Shown: positions 51,995 through 64,000 of the stretch, in pieces | Position numbering within the stretch: the first letter of the stretch is position 1 | Layout: each line of letters begins with the position of its first letter | Assembly (NCBI GenBank): GCA_038087875.1 | Contig: CM075982.1 | Location: forward strand, 18,228,001 to 18,292,000 | Direction: 5' to 3' | DNA from: Malacoraja senta | Taxonomy: Eukaryota | DNA length: 64,000 bases | Made by a program: the position numbers and the translations under genes | Notes under the pieces: generated by a model | Told to the model about the DNA's origin: nothing | Databases searched by the model: none | What the model saw: the letters and a program-made list of their open reading frames with translations, nothing else

Positions 51995-52542
51995 TGTAAA
52001 TAGTATAAATAATGTTGCGAGACGGTCATCCTGTTAATTGATGATTGGTCGAACTGTTGAGCCTTGGAGACACTGTTTGAATCCCAGGGCACATGTTTCA
52101 ATGTTTATTCTTGTTTGCTTCCTTCTAGAAGTTTCTTTCAAACACAATGTATTCAAGATTGTATTATTGGGTTAGGGAACTGTCAATTATATACTGTTAT
52201 TATTAATATGTTTAATTGGTTTATAAAGAGACCACCCCCATGTGGTTCGGCCCCTCAAGGTTCGGGGACCTATAAAAGGTAGCTCCCACGAGGTTCGATG
52301 TTGATCTTCTGGAAGAAAGCTTGGGACTGCGTGACCTTTTGGAGTGTCTCTGCTTGCACGAGGCTAGAAGGGCTTGGCCAAGCAGATACAAGGATCAAAC
52401 CCGTGGTGGTTAGGTAAAGTAGAGGGGAACTGTTGTTGTGTTTTCCAAAATAAAGTTTAGTTGCTCAAGTGCTTGACTCAGTATTTTATCGACTGAAACT
52501 AGACTGGGGGGGGGGGGGGGGGCTTAGAACGAGCTATTTACA
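51995..52542 (+). mobile_element. Solo LTR (548 bp)
   Basis: Terminal inverted repeat TGTAAATAG...CTATTTACA; flanks acat/actt (4-bp TSD, one mismatch); TATAAAA at 52271; AATAAA at 52449. Confidence 0.85.
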
Positions 52543-52969
52543 ACTTCAGCTTCATTTGATTCCTCTTTCTTTTTCATTTGTCTGTATCTGTCAGTTTTGT
52601 AAAATAATTGTTACAAATTTGGTCTGTACTCTATTACAGGCATTCCTTCTATTCTCTCCACTTCTCATCTTTCTGCTACCTGATTTTTAAAAACTTTTCC
52701 AGTTCTGATTAAGGGTCAACCACCCTAGACTTCACTACCACTGACTTGCTGAGGGTTTCTGGCATTTTATGTTCAGGCATTAAATACTATGGTGGCCATA
52801 GAGGAGAGCAGAGCAGCAGAGGGAAGGAATGTGTCCGATGGTTGTCAATACAAGACCTTAGAAAATGTGGTCAAGGAAACCCATGCCTGGAAGCAGCTAT
52901 TGTGTGTCATGTCTTGCAGATGGTGCTGGCAGCAAGGACAGGATTGTTTCAACTGTTTCAATACAGTTT

Positions 52970-53348
52970 TTCCCCACATCTACCATTCTACAACCCCTCA
53001 ATTTCTCCATCACCCAAACAGGATTCCCGCTGGGTCCAATCCCCCCACTGTTCCCAGCTCCCTTATGTGGTCCCATTCTTGACCTTCCTTTCCTGCATGA
53101 TTCAATCATCTGCAGCCCATTGCTGTCTCCATTGTGTCCCTCCTCACACGTAAGCTCCACCACACCCCTCACCCCATCTCCTTATACTGGTGGCTTCTTC
53201 ACTACTCTTTCTGACAAGATGAAGAATTCCAATGGAAACATTGACTGTCCATTCCCCTCCATAGATGCTGGCTGTCCTACTGTGTTATTCCAGTGCTTAG
53301 TTTGCTTGCTCCAGATTCCACCATCTGGTGGTCTCTTGTGTCTCCAAC
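52970..53348 (+). mobile_element. Old Penelope-type 3' element
   Basis: Pyrimidine-rich body; ctgacaagatgaagaattccaatggaaacattgactg...atagatgctg...ccagattccaccatctg terminus. Confidence 0.55.
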
Positions 53349-55557
53349 TGATAGTCACGAGGGGAAAACACTGAGGTCAAATACTGTAAAGATGTTTAAT
53401 TAAACTTTATCATCTTTGTTTCAGCAATAAAAGACGTGTTTATACCTGCCCGGTCCAGGCTAGAATTGCTTTGATATGAATGATGACAATTAGCTGGGGT
53501 ACATGTTGCAATTCACCAGCGGGACATGTTTTACAAATATTCAGATGACTCATTCAGGACAAAACAAGAATAATTTGGAGACATTACACCAGATGACTCT
53601 GAACTCAGCTCTTGTACAATCTTCAATTTTCAAAATTTCTGCCAATGAAAAATTGCTTTTGTCTTTCAAAGATAAAATGTAAAAAAAATAATTTGAGTCA
53701 CCATCACCTTCGTTGTGTAATCGACTCTAGGTAAAGTGCTTTTGTGATGATAGATTATGATCTCGCTGCCCCACAGAAGGCTGAGTTTTACTTGTTTTGA
53801 TAATTTGTGATAAGGACTCAATCCAAATTACGGAAGCATCGACAGTGCAGCAATGTAATCTGGTGGAAAGATCAAAGCACAGTGACTGGGTATTTTTGGT
53901 ACAGATATGCCAACATAATTTCATATTGCACATTATTGGTGTTACATATTTAGCAATTAAAGATAAATGACTGAATGCTACCATCCTCAAAGCATTGATA
54001 GGGCTCTGCATTGAGCCCTTGTCTGAGAGACTATGCAAAGTATAAGGATTTATTGGCATTACTGATGTTTCGTTTTGTATGGGCCCTGATGGAGCACTGC
54101 AGTTGCGAGTCCTGTTTGGTGCTAAATGCGATAATCTGAATGTAATGGTCCAGAGGGAATCAGTTTCCCTGGGATTGTTACTCAGCCTAGAAGATTGTTA
54201 CAGTTGCCAAGACTGTAGTTGAACATAGATCAATAGGTGCCCATTAAATGGTTAGCTGACATCATTGGGTGCAATTACTTTAAGGGGATTTTGTGATTTT
54301 CCCTAATGGGAAGTCCTATAATGAGTATACAGTCAGACTCTTGCAAGGGTGGTTTCACAGCTGATTGAGTAGGCATACTGATATAAGTGGTAGTACCTTA
54401 TCCTCTTGAGACTAAGTGCTTGCAGAGATTGAAGTGTGCATTATTTATAGGCATTGTGCATCTATTATAATGCACCCTTGATAAATTTGTACAGCACCTT
54501 CTTCATTCAAACATTTAACCACCCACTCTCCTTGCAGCATTTAAATCCTATGTGGAAGATTACAGAGCATATTTGAGAGGGTTTGTGGATACGAGTTAAC
54601 TAACTGCGTGTGGAATATTGGTGATGGTCATATGAGCTGTTTTATAAACATCACAGCCTCTGAGCTCACAGCAAGATTGCACCATATTATCTTCATCAAT
54701 TTGTGAGGAATATATATTTTTTAAGGAAACAAACTATGATTCCCACCCCCCCACTTTTGGCATTAGTCATCTATACATTGGCATATACATAACAGAATGG
54801 GCAGTGAGTAATGGTTGGGTGATGTGTTTAGGTATCCACGACCAGGTCACCGCGGTGATTATGGGCCACGGGTGTTTCTGTGTAATGCCTCTAGTAACTT
54901 GTTTTGACTGGAAGCTTCAGGAAAGATGTTGTTGTACCCAAGGTAAGCCAGAGCCCCAGCGGGGAATGTGCAGAAGTCCACACTTCCAAACACTCTTTCC
55001 TCAAGGAGTAAACAGGGACATATGCTCTGATTTTGACTGTTCGAAGACAAATTCCATGGAGCCTCAGATTTTCCAAGCTAGTTGTCACCCAGTTGACATG
55101 TTGCAGGTAGATCTTCAGCCGTGCAAAGGCACCTGGTAGCATTGACTGCAGAGGTCAGTCACTGGCTTCCTTAGAATGCAACTCTACTGCCTGAACTAGT
55201 CCCTGCAAGCGATCCACTCAAAATAGTCTGTCATCACACACTGCACGCTGCAGTGGCCGCGCCTAGATAACTTAGATGGCTAAGTTATAGATGTCTTAGG
55301 GCCGTGCAGAAAGGATGGGAGGCACCAGCCATCAGGAGGAGCAGGTGGAGGACGAGAGAGGAGCCTGAGGATGAAGCGTGTCAGCATGGGATCCTGGCAA
55401 CACAAGAGCGGGGTTGTGTGGCTCAACTGAGGTGGGAAGATGATCTGGGGACACTGGGTGTGCCAGCAGTGAAGATGATTCCATGTGTTCATAAAGGCAC
55501 GCCCTCCTCACTGCTGGAGATAGAGGAAATACCTGATCCTGCACAGAAGCACACTTA

Positions 55558-55700
55558 TGTCAGTGTCAGGGGTTATGGGGAGATGGCAGGAGAATGGGGT
55601 GGAGAGGGAAAGATAGATTAGCCATGATTAAATGGCGGAGTAGACTTGATGGGCCAAATGGCCACATTCTGCTCCTAGAATGAACATATGAACATGAACA
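55558..55700 (+). mobile_element. CR1 3' end
   Basis: ggttatggggagatggcaggagaatgggg...gggccaaatggcc...ctgctcct. Confidence 0.8.
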
Positions 55701-57270
55701 TAATGACCTGTGTTAGGTTGTGGTGTGGGCACCTGGAATAAGGACAGAAAGAGGAATAGAGAATGATGGCATTCCATGGTCAGAGCCACCAGGTGGCTGC
55801 GCATGGCTGAAGATCCATCTCATCCAGCTCATCCAGCTCAGTGACAACTGCCTTGGTAATGCCGACCCTGCAAGTAATTGGTCTTTGGAGAGGACAAGAG
55901 AGGAGCGCGTGGAAAGAGTTTTCAAACGTGTGGATTTCTGCATATCCTCCATGGGACTCCTGATTTTACACGAGGTCCAACCACAACTTTGCCATTCAAA
56001 ATTCAAAATATGTTGCTCAAGGAATCACTACAAAAGCTTGTGTAGTTAGTGATTACTAAGTGTTTGTGGTGACTATGAGCACTTTTAAAACTGTAGAAAC
56101 TGCCTCGAGAGAGGTCAGATGCTCTCTACTGAAGTTCGCTATTGCCATGTGAATGGCCCTTTAAATTGTCATCCATAATGGAGCATGCAGTGGAATCGTG
56201 ACCCTTTTTAAAATATTATTTGTGCAGTGGAGCCTCTAATTTACATTGACAGCACAGAAAATGGCATTACACAAGACTGACATGAATCTGACGAGGTGAT
56301 TTTACAGAGTGATAGTTTCCCACTCAGGACAATTTCTCCAATTCAGCACAGGAAACCAGAAATGTGGGCTCCAATTTCTTGGCAATTGTATCAAAACTTT
56401 TAGGCTTCGGAATTAAACATCAGAATTTGATTTAAATGATCAATGGTGTCAGATTAAATAAAGTGGAAGTAACACTGTAGAGTACAAATGTGAACCCTTG
56501 ACCCAATATTGCTTCAGTGGAATTTAGCTCTAAACCATAATTCTAACTAATCCTAATGCTAACCCTTCTTTAGGTAGCAAATAAACAGACACTATACTTT
56601 ATTTTCCACATTATCATGTGTTAAAAGGACAAAATACAGCTTTACAGAGATGCCATGGAACTGCTGTGTAACTATATATTCCACCTCTACACTACTGCAT
56701 TTTTATTTGTTATTATAAGTGCAATGCGATATATCGCAGATGCAGTATGGTTAGTAGAATGGCTAACCTCTTATCTCAGGCTTTCCTACACTGCATAATA
56801 ATAACATTGGATGAAGTGTTAGTATCATTGGTGTGAACATTGGAGTGAACAAATTAAAGCAATGCATTTTCAATTGTAGAATTATTCATCCTGACTTAAT
56901 GTTCTTGTAAAGTAAGTTGTGCACTTCTGTGTGTGTTCACCTCTTGCCCAGTTCTATTCCTACAGCAGCACTCACTTTCTGCGGCCTTGACCACTTGGTC
57001 CTTGAGCAAACCAGTTAATAGGCCTCGGCAAGTGGATCCTCAGGTCACATCCCCAGGCCTGCCCTATTGGCCTTTTGACAGGTTCCCTATAATCAGAGGC
57101 TCAAATGGGTATAATAATTAAAAAAACTTTTGAAGCAATTTATATTTAAGGACCTTAATTAAACGAGAAAACAAACTTTTTTTCTATATTGGGCTATACA
57201 ATAAAGGTCAATGACCCCATTCAATAAATGGGGCCACTATGTTTGGCAGCCATGTCTAGTATAAAGCTGA

Positions 57271-57590
57271 TGAAATGTTGTAGGAAGGAAGTGCAGATGC
57301 TGGTTTAAACCGAAGTTAGACACAAAATGCTAGAATAACTCAGCGAGACATATTATCTCTGTTTGCTTCGTTGTTTTGTTGCTTTGTCCTAGCTAACTGA
57401 TCTATTCTATATTTTCCTTGATTCTCATCCCCTTTGTCTCGTTTTCACACCTTACATTTCCTTATCTCTGTATCTCCCACTCCCCTGATTCAGTCTGAAG
57501 AAGGGTCTCGACCCAAAACGGGTCACCCATTCCTTCTATCCAGAGATGCTGCCTGTCCCCCTGAGTTACTCCAGCATTTGAGTCTATCTT
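57271..57590. mobile_element. Palindromic Penelope-type element with 14-bp TSD
   Basis: Inverted termini. TSD tagtataaagctga at 57257-57270 and 57591-57604. Mutated hammerhead ctgaagaagggtctcgacccaaaacgg near 57495. Confidence 0.8.
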
Positions 57591-57685
57591 TAGTATAAAG
57601 CTGAGGTGTCAAATGGAAAGTGCATCTCACCACTCAGTTCAGGAATCGGAGCTGAGCCCAGCAGTGGATCTGATGCATCGGCACT

Positions 57686-57820
57686 GACAATAAACAATAG
57701 ACAATAGGTGGAGGAGTAGGCCATTCGGCCCTTCGAGCCAGCACCGCCATTCAATGTGATCATGGCTGATCATCCCCAATCAGTACCTCGTTCCTGCCTT
57801 CTCTCCATTTCCCCTGCCTC
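57686..57820 (-). mobile_element. CR1 3' end
   Basis: aataggtggaggagtaggccattcggcccttcgagccagcaccgccattcaat. Confidence 0.8.
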
Positions 57821-58124
57821 CACTGGGCACAACTTCTCCCTTATGTCTGCAAAGCATAGGTGTGGAGAGACAGTTAGACCCACAAAGATCATTTCTCTGT
57901 CGACTCACTGGTTCCACCTGTGAAAGGCAAGCAGTTTCTGACCCATCCTGCAGCAAACTTGAGCAACACCTGAACAAATACTATTTCTACTTTAGTAAAG
58001 TTGCAATGTCCTCATCGAATGACTCAGAAAATAGTTCAGAAAGGCTGTAATAATTAATGTAATGACAGGTATAGACAAGAATAAGAGCAGGCCATTCAAC
58101 CTACTGTGAAAGGTTAGATTAATT

Positions 58125-58442
58125 CAGATATAATACGATAGAACTTTATTTATCCCAGGAGGGAAATTGGTCTGCCAACAGTCATAAAACACAAAAACAC
58201 AAAATACATGAATCATGAAATGAAAGTGATGAGTGGAAAGGATTGGAGATGTGGGGGGGGGGGGGGTGTGTGTGGGGGGTGTGGGGGGAGGGGATCAGTC
58301 TCAGTCTCAGTCTACCCCGCGACAAAAGGGGGAGGGATGTACAGTTTGATAGCCACAGAGAAGAAGCATCTGCTGTGGCGTTCTGTCCTGCATCTTGGTG
58401 GAACCAGTTTGCTGCTGAAGGTACTCCTCAGGTTGACCAGTG
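58125..58442 (-). mobile_element. Rex1/L2-type LINE 3' fragment
   Basis: gatagaactttatttatcccaggagggaaatt tail followed by a LINE C-terminal remnant. Confidence 0.65.
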
Positions 58443-59414
58443 CAGATTGCAGATTCTACTCACAGCTCCATTTACAGACCCTTTCACATCCCTTAGTATC
58501 AGAACAAAAAAAAGACTAACACATTATTTTTCAAAATGTCCTGTTGGCCTCCAGTTTTGAAGAGAGAGCTCCAGCTACTCACTATTTTGTTTGTGTGAAG
58601 AAGTGGTTTGCGACGTGCTCTGGGTCTAATGTTAAGGATATAGTTCCTGAAATCTGATGAAATACACAGGGTGGTAATGTATTCATGGATGGTATTAGGT
58701 TTCTCATATGGACTCAGTCTATAAAGTCTGATAACAAAGGAAGACACGTTGATTAGCAATATGAGCCTTACAGATGATAATTAAGTTCAGGTGGCTAAAG
58801 TCACGCTTGAATAAAATTCAATGGCAACGAAAAGGAATTAGATATACTTGAAAATGAGAAATTTGAAGGAATATAGAGAGAGCAAAGGAGTAGGTTTAAT
58901 CTGTTAACTCTGTAAAAAGCTGTGCATGATCACAATGTGTCGATTGGCTCATTCTGTACTATACGGCTCTTCACCTTCGATTTTTAAAAAACAGTATTTT
59001 GAAACAGAGTGATTTAGAAAATAATTAGCTCGGGCACTAAAAAGGTGAGTCATGTGTGTCAAGACAAAGTACAGAGTCACAGGCAGTCACTGTAGAACTG
59101 TGCATAAAGCAGTGGAAGGTATGTTTCAGTTACATTTCCAGCAAATTGCAATAGACAATAGGTGCAGGAGTAGGCCATTCGGCCCTTCGAGCCAGCACAG
59201 CCATTCCCCATGGCTATTTGACAAATTAATATTGGAGTCCCCTTTACTGAGAGCCGCCAGATTGCCGCCACCATTTTTTTCTGATTCCCTTTGTGCTATC
59301 ATCAAGTGAGATGTAAATGATGCCCAGTGCAGAAGATGTACTCTCTAATGGATGGTCAAGAGTTTGATCACAGTAATCAAATGATCAACCCAATCAATGG
59401 AACGGAAGAGAAAT

Positions 59415-59540
59415 GGAGACACAGTAGATTGCAGATGCTGGAAATTTGAGCTAAAAGCAAATTGCTGGAGCAACTCAGCAGGTCAGGCAGCATCTGATGG
59501 AAATGGACAGACGATATTTCGAGCTGGGTCTCTTCGTTAG
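59415..59540 (-). mobile_element. Penelope-type terminal repeat, decayed
   Basis: gcagatgctggaaatttgagc...gctggagcaactcagcaggtcaggcagcatct. Confidence 0.65.
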
Positions 59541-59629
59541 TAAGAGGAAGGCAGCTTTGCAATCACTGACTGTATATATGTTTGTCTGCAGCTGCTGGCT
59601 GGAATCGTGTTGTTTTATTATTTATTAAT

Positions 59630-60700
59630 TTTGTGCGATCTGGGTATTGCTCACCCTGAATTGCCCACAGGAAGGTGGTGGTGTGACACTTTCTTCAATC
59701 ACTGCTTCTGATGAAGGTACACCCACGGTGCTGTTTGATAGGTAGTTCCTGGAATAACCACATAGTGAAGATGAAGGAATTACAACATATTTCTAGATTG
59801 GTCTGCTGCCTTGTCCATATTTGTGACAAAGATATTGAGCTGGTGAGAAGCTGTTGGAGCACCTAGCTAAGTAACCATAGTGAATAATGTAGACTGAAAA
59901 CAATGCTGCCATGGTGCATTGGTAGTGAAGGGAATGAATGCTTTGGGTGGTGAATGGAATAGTATTCAAGTGGGCTGCCTCGTTCCAAATCTACTCACCA
60001 TGTAGATAGTGGAAAGACTTTAGAGTGTCAGATTTGGAGTCATTTGCCACAGGATACCCAGCTTCTGACCTATTCTTACATCCACAGTATTTACAGAGTG
60101 GGTCCATTTGAGTTTCTGGTCAATGGGGGCCCTCCGGTTGTTTGCGATGGAGGACCTGGTGATGATAATACCACTGAATGTCAAGGTTAGGTGGTTGGAC
60201 TCTCTCTTGTTAGAAATGCCATTGCCTGGTACTTTTGTGCTGCAAATGTTATTTGTTATTTAGCAACCCATGCCTGAATGTCGTCTGGCTCTTTCTGCAT
60301 GCCGGCACAGACTGACTGCTTCACCTGCTGAGGACTTTCCCCATGGGGTTTGACACCGTGCAACTGTCAGCAAACGTCTCCACTTCTGACCATGTGATGG
60401 AAGGAAAGTAATTGATACCTGGGGCTGAGATGACGGACACCCAACAACCACACCCATCTTCCTTTGTACAAGTCATAACTAATTTTTGGAGTGATATCCC
60501 TTCCATACCCACTGACTTCAGGTTTATCAGGAATCCTTGATGCCACACTTGGACAAATGCTCCCTTGATGCCAAGGGCACTCAATCTCTTCACACCTTTG
60601 GAAGTCAGCTCTTGGGTCCATGTTTGGACCGGTGATGTGATGAAGTTTGGTGCTGAGAGATCCTGGCCAAATCTAATTGTGGCATGGTAATGGGGAAAGT
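59630..60700 (-). mobile_element. Ancient degraded CR1/L2-group LINE RT
   Basis: ORF 60321-60770 remnant: QTWTQEL...ALGIKGAFVQVWHQG (decayed DIK.AFD.VWH motif). Confidence 0.7.
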
Positions 60701-60789
60701 AAGCACAACAATAACCTGATGCCAAATAATAGACCGAACTAAGCAGGAAGGCGATGCATAAATGTTTCATGGCGTCAAAGCATCCATGA

Positions 60790-61070
60790 ATGCATTACAA
60801 TCGATGTAATACTTACGAAGTATAATGCTGACAAATGACAGCCAGTAAAGGCACAGCACGCTCCTGCAATCTAAATAAAGATCAGGACATCTGCTGGTGG
60901 TTTTGACATGTTGGCTGAAAGTCAAATATTGGATGGAGCACTCTGCTTGAGAACTGTCTCCTGGGTTCTTTTATGTCCACAAAAGAGTGCAGATTAAAGC
61001 ACAGTATTGCTGCATGCTTTGTTATTCTCTGTCACTGCACTTGATTGGTGTGCTAAACTCGTATTGCGCA
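60790..61070 (-). mobile_element. Possible degraded DeuSINE (SacSINE1/AmnSINE1-like)
   Basis: Blocks gacagcc...gcacagca.gctcc, atgttggctga...aaatattgg, ttcttttatgtccac resemble the reverse Deu-domain as I remember it. Confidence 0.4.
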
Positions 61071-61571
61071 TATGGCTCACTAGATATATCACTGCAGAAG
61101 CTTGCAAGTGGCAAGCCCTACTTAAAATAAAAAGAGTCAATGCTGGAGATAATCAGTTCTTCAGCCAGAATCCGCAAAGAGTTAACATTTCAGGTTGACG
61201 ACCTTTTAGCAGACATAAGAAAATTTAGAAACTGGAAATTGTCAAGAGGGAAGGATAGCGAAAAAGAAGTGAAAGTCTGTGTTTTTGTTTTAGTATTATT
61301 CACAAGCCCTCTCTCTCCTCTTTCAGTCGTTTAATTGATGACTATCGATGCAGCTTCCCACTTTTATTCAAAACAGAAATTTCAAAATCATTGGTGCTAT
61401 TTTCCGCCTTCCCCTCACTATAACATTTATCAGCCCCTTACATTTCTCAACATCCCAAACTCCATCTCAGAGAAAGGCCTGTGACCAGCATCCATTACAA
61501 ATCACCAGACATCCACAGGTAAGTAGTAATGAATAGCGTGCCTGGACCAGCATCAGCAAAGGGATTTTTCA

Positions 61572-62202
61572 TAGCAAAAGGATTTGAGTATAGGAGCAGG
61601 GAGGTTCTACTGCAGTTGTACAGGGTCTTGGTGAGACCTGGAGTATTACGTACAGTTTTGGTCTCCTATTCTGAGGAAATACATTCTTGCCATAGAGGGA
61701 GTACAGAGAAGGTTCACCAGACTGATTCCTGGGATGTCAGGACTTTCATATGAAGAAAGACTGGATAGACTCGGCTTGTACTCGCTAGAATTTAGAAGAT
61801 TGAGGGGGGATCTTATAGAAACGTACAAAATTCTTAAGGGGTTGGACAGGCTAGATGCAGGAAGATTGTTCCCGATGTTGGGGAAGTCCAGAACAAGGGG
61901 TCACAGTTTAAGGATAAGGGGGAAGTCTTTTAGGACCGAGATGAGAAAAACATTTTTCACAGAGAGTGGTGAATCTGTGGAATTTTCTGCCACAGAAGGT
62001 AGTTGAGGCCAGTTCATTGGCTATATTTAAGAGGGAGTTAGATGTGGCCCTTGTGGCTAAAGGGATCAGGGAGTATGGAGAGAAGGCAGGTACAGGATAC
62101 TGAGTTGGATGATCAGCCATGATTATATTGAATGGCGGTGCAGGCTCGAAGGGCCGAATGACCTACTCCTGCACCTATTTTCTATGTTTCTATGTTTCTA
62201 TC
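61572..62202 (+). mobile_element. CR1 3' fragment
   Basis: GFEYRSREVLLQLYRVLVRP; LSYEERLDRLGLYSLEFRRLRGDLIE; (TTTCTATG)n tail. Confidence 0.92.
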
Positions 62203-62991
62203 AGGCTTACAAAAGAAATGAGATAATAACATGGTGAAGCTGCAACACAGGACAACATGCGTGTGACCAATTAAAAATAGCACGCATTAGTCAAAGTGAT
62301 CGCACAACCAATGATTCAGATCAAAACTACAGTTCTGTCACATCTTATTGTGAATAGTCGTGGACAATTAAAATACTCCAAGAACATCCACATTCTCAGT
62401 AAGGATGGGGTTGCACATATGAGTGGTGAAGAAAAGATTGAAGCATTCGCAGATCTGTTCAATGAGAAGTTCATCTGGATGATCCATCACAGCTTCTCAT
62501 TGACACACTCATTGTCACAGAAGCCAGTTTAATTCATTTTCTACATAATATCAAGAGATGACAGACTGCATTGAATACAAAGACCATGAGACCAGAGGAA
62601 ATGTTGGCTGCATTACTGGAGATTTGCAAGCCAGAAGAAACCTTGTCTCTGGTCAAGCTTTTTCAGTAAGTTACCACAATCTGGCAATGTAGAAAACTGC
62701 CCAGAGATGTCCAGTCCACAAAAGGCAAAAATTTAATCCAATTATGTATTCACAATCAGACTATTTTTGACCAACAGTGGAACGAATCAAACTGTTTCCC
62801 AATGCCATTAATTGGGGCTCTGCAATTCAAGATAGCGGCAGCGGTGGGCACAGTATGTCCATAGATACACCAAACTTTTATCTCCTGTTCTGTATTTTGT
62901 TTACATATTTTGTTGTGCTGCAGCAAGCAAGAATTTCATTGTCCTATCTGGGACACATGACAATAAAACTCTCTTGACTCTTGATCTGACT

Positions 62992-63082
62992 TGACAGCAT
63001 CCGTAGTCGGGATCGAACCCGGGTCTCCGGCGCTGCATTCGCTGTATGGAAACAACTCTACTGCTGTACGACTGTGACCACC
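62992..63082 (-). mobile_element. HE1-type SINE head, next to a LINE-type tail fragment (62905-62985, plus strand)
   Basis: gtagtcgggatcgaacccgggtctccggcgctg is the reverse of the B-box region also seen at 51300-51330. Confidence 0.75.
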
Positions 63083-63504
63083 CACACTTTAGGTTTGCAC
63101 CTGATTGTAGCTAGCCTGCAATTACATTTCATAATCTGACTATCATGACAATATATTTCCTGTTAATAAATCATTTCCACCTGCTCTGTGAAAAATCATC
63201 CAGATAAAAGGTGCTTATTGTCCTCTTGACGAGAAGTGCATATTTATTCAGTGATCATACAATTTTTTTTTGCCAGAAGGTATTCAAACTACAAAGTTCA
63301 TGCCAGTTGACAAACAATTGCCCAGCCTAACCAGACATCCTAGCTATCTACCGATCACCTTGAAGACTACAGGATATTTGTCTATGTACTTTTTCAATGC
63401 AATTAGAATTTCTGCCTCTAATATCTGTTCAGCATGAGGTCTGTATCTCCACAAATGTCTGGTTCCCCTTGTAATCCTAAATCTATACCTCTTGATATTG
63501 AGCT

Positions 63505-63890
63505 CCATTCAAAGGGTCTTGAGAATGGTCTTGACCCGAAATGTCACCCAGCTGGCAGAGAGGAGGGGCAGGATATAGCCTGGCAAGCGATAGGTAATAT
63601 AGCTGAGGAGGGTTTTGATGGGCAAATGGTTGGACAGTCAGGGATAAAAATGCAAAAGGTGTGAGATAAGGATAAACTAGTTGCAAATGTGAAGTTGCAG
63701 GAAGGAATGTAGGTGGGATGGGAAGGGGAGGGGAGAAATGCATGTAAGTCCAGGCAGGGCGCAGGGAAGAGGGGAATGGGATGGGGAAAATGGGGGGGGT
63801 GGGGGCTGGTGTAAGAAGAGGGGTGTTGGTTAATTACCTAAAATTGGAGACTTCACACCATAGCGTTTTAAGCTACCCAAACAGAATATG
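63505..63890. mobile_element. Penelope-type element remnant
   Basis: ggtcttgacccgaaatgtcacc, then a purine-rich inverted body ending aagctacccaaacagaatatga. Confidence 0.55.
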
Positions 63891-64000
63891 ATTTTTTTTC
63901 TGCATCCTATCCAACTTAATGACATCTTTCCATAGCTAGGCAACCAGAGCTGTGCACAATACTCCAAGTGTGGTGTCACCAATGACTTGCAAGTCACCAA

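Noticed and set aside
54000-56400. Possible decayed PIF/Harbinger transposon (similar impression at 28130-28700 and 31850-33480)
   Set aside because: Only a vague resemblance; no readable DDE motifs, TIRs or TSD. A HARBI1 profile search would be needed.
11100-64000. Exons of neighbouring host genes
   Set aside because: No ORF outside TEs resembled a known protein. Short exons below the ORF-track threshold could have been missed.

Overview
Vertebrate genomic DNA. The repeat families (HE1/V-type SINEs, HER1/CR1 LINEs, hammerhead-bearing Penelope-type termini) point to a cartilaginous fish, probably a skate or ray; this is an inference. The only host gene I can recognise is the first coding exon of SRRM3 (cwf21 domain, minus strand, CDS 8375-8131). 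It lies in a CpG-rich, nearly transposon-free block at about 7.4-11.1 kb. About 0.6-1 kb upstream of that exon is a roughly 40-bp tandem array of REST/NRSF-binding RE1 (NRSE) motifs, 5 good and about 5 degenerate, all in one orientation; this is the most notable signal. The rest is intron or upstream DNA filled with retroelements: a near-complete CR1 ORF2, two Rex1/Babar-like LINEs, an uncommon LINE with an open 595-aa RT ORF, an internally deleted Vingi-like element with an 11-bp TSD, a Gypsy 3' fragment, a solo LTR, SINEs, and several palindromic TSD-flanked Penelope-derived elements with minimal hammerhead-ribozyme cores. Family assignments come from motif recognition only; no database search was run, and TE boundaries without TSDs are approximate.
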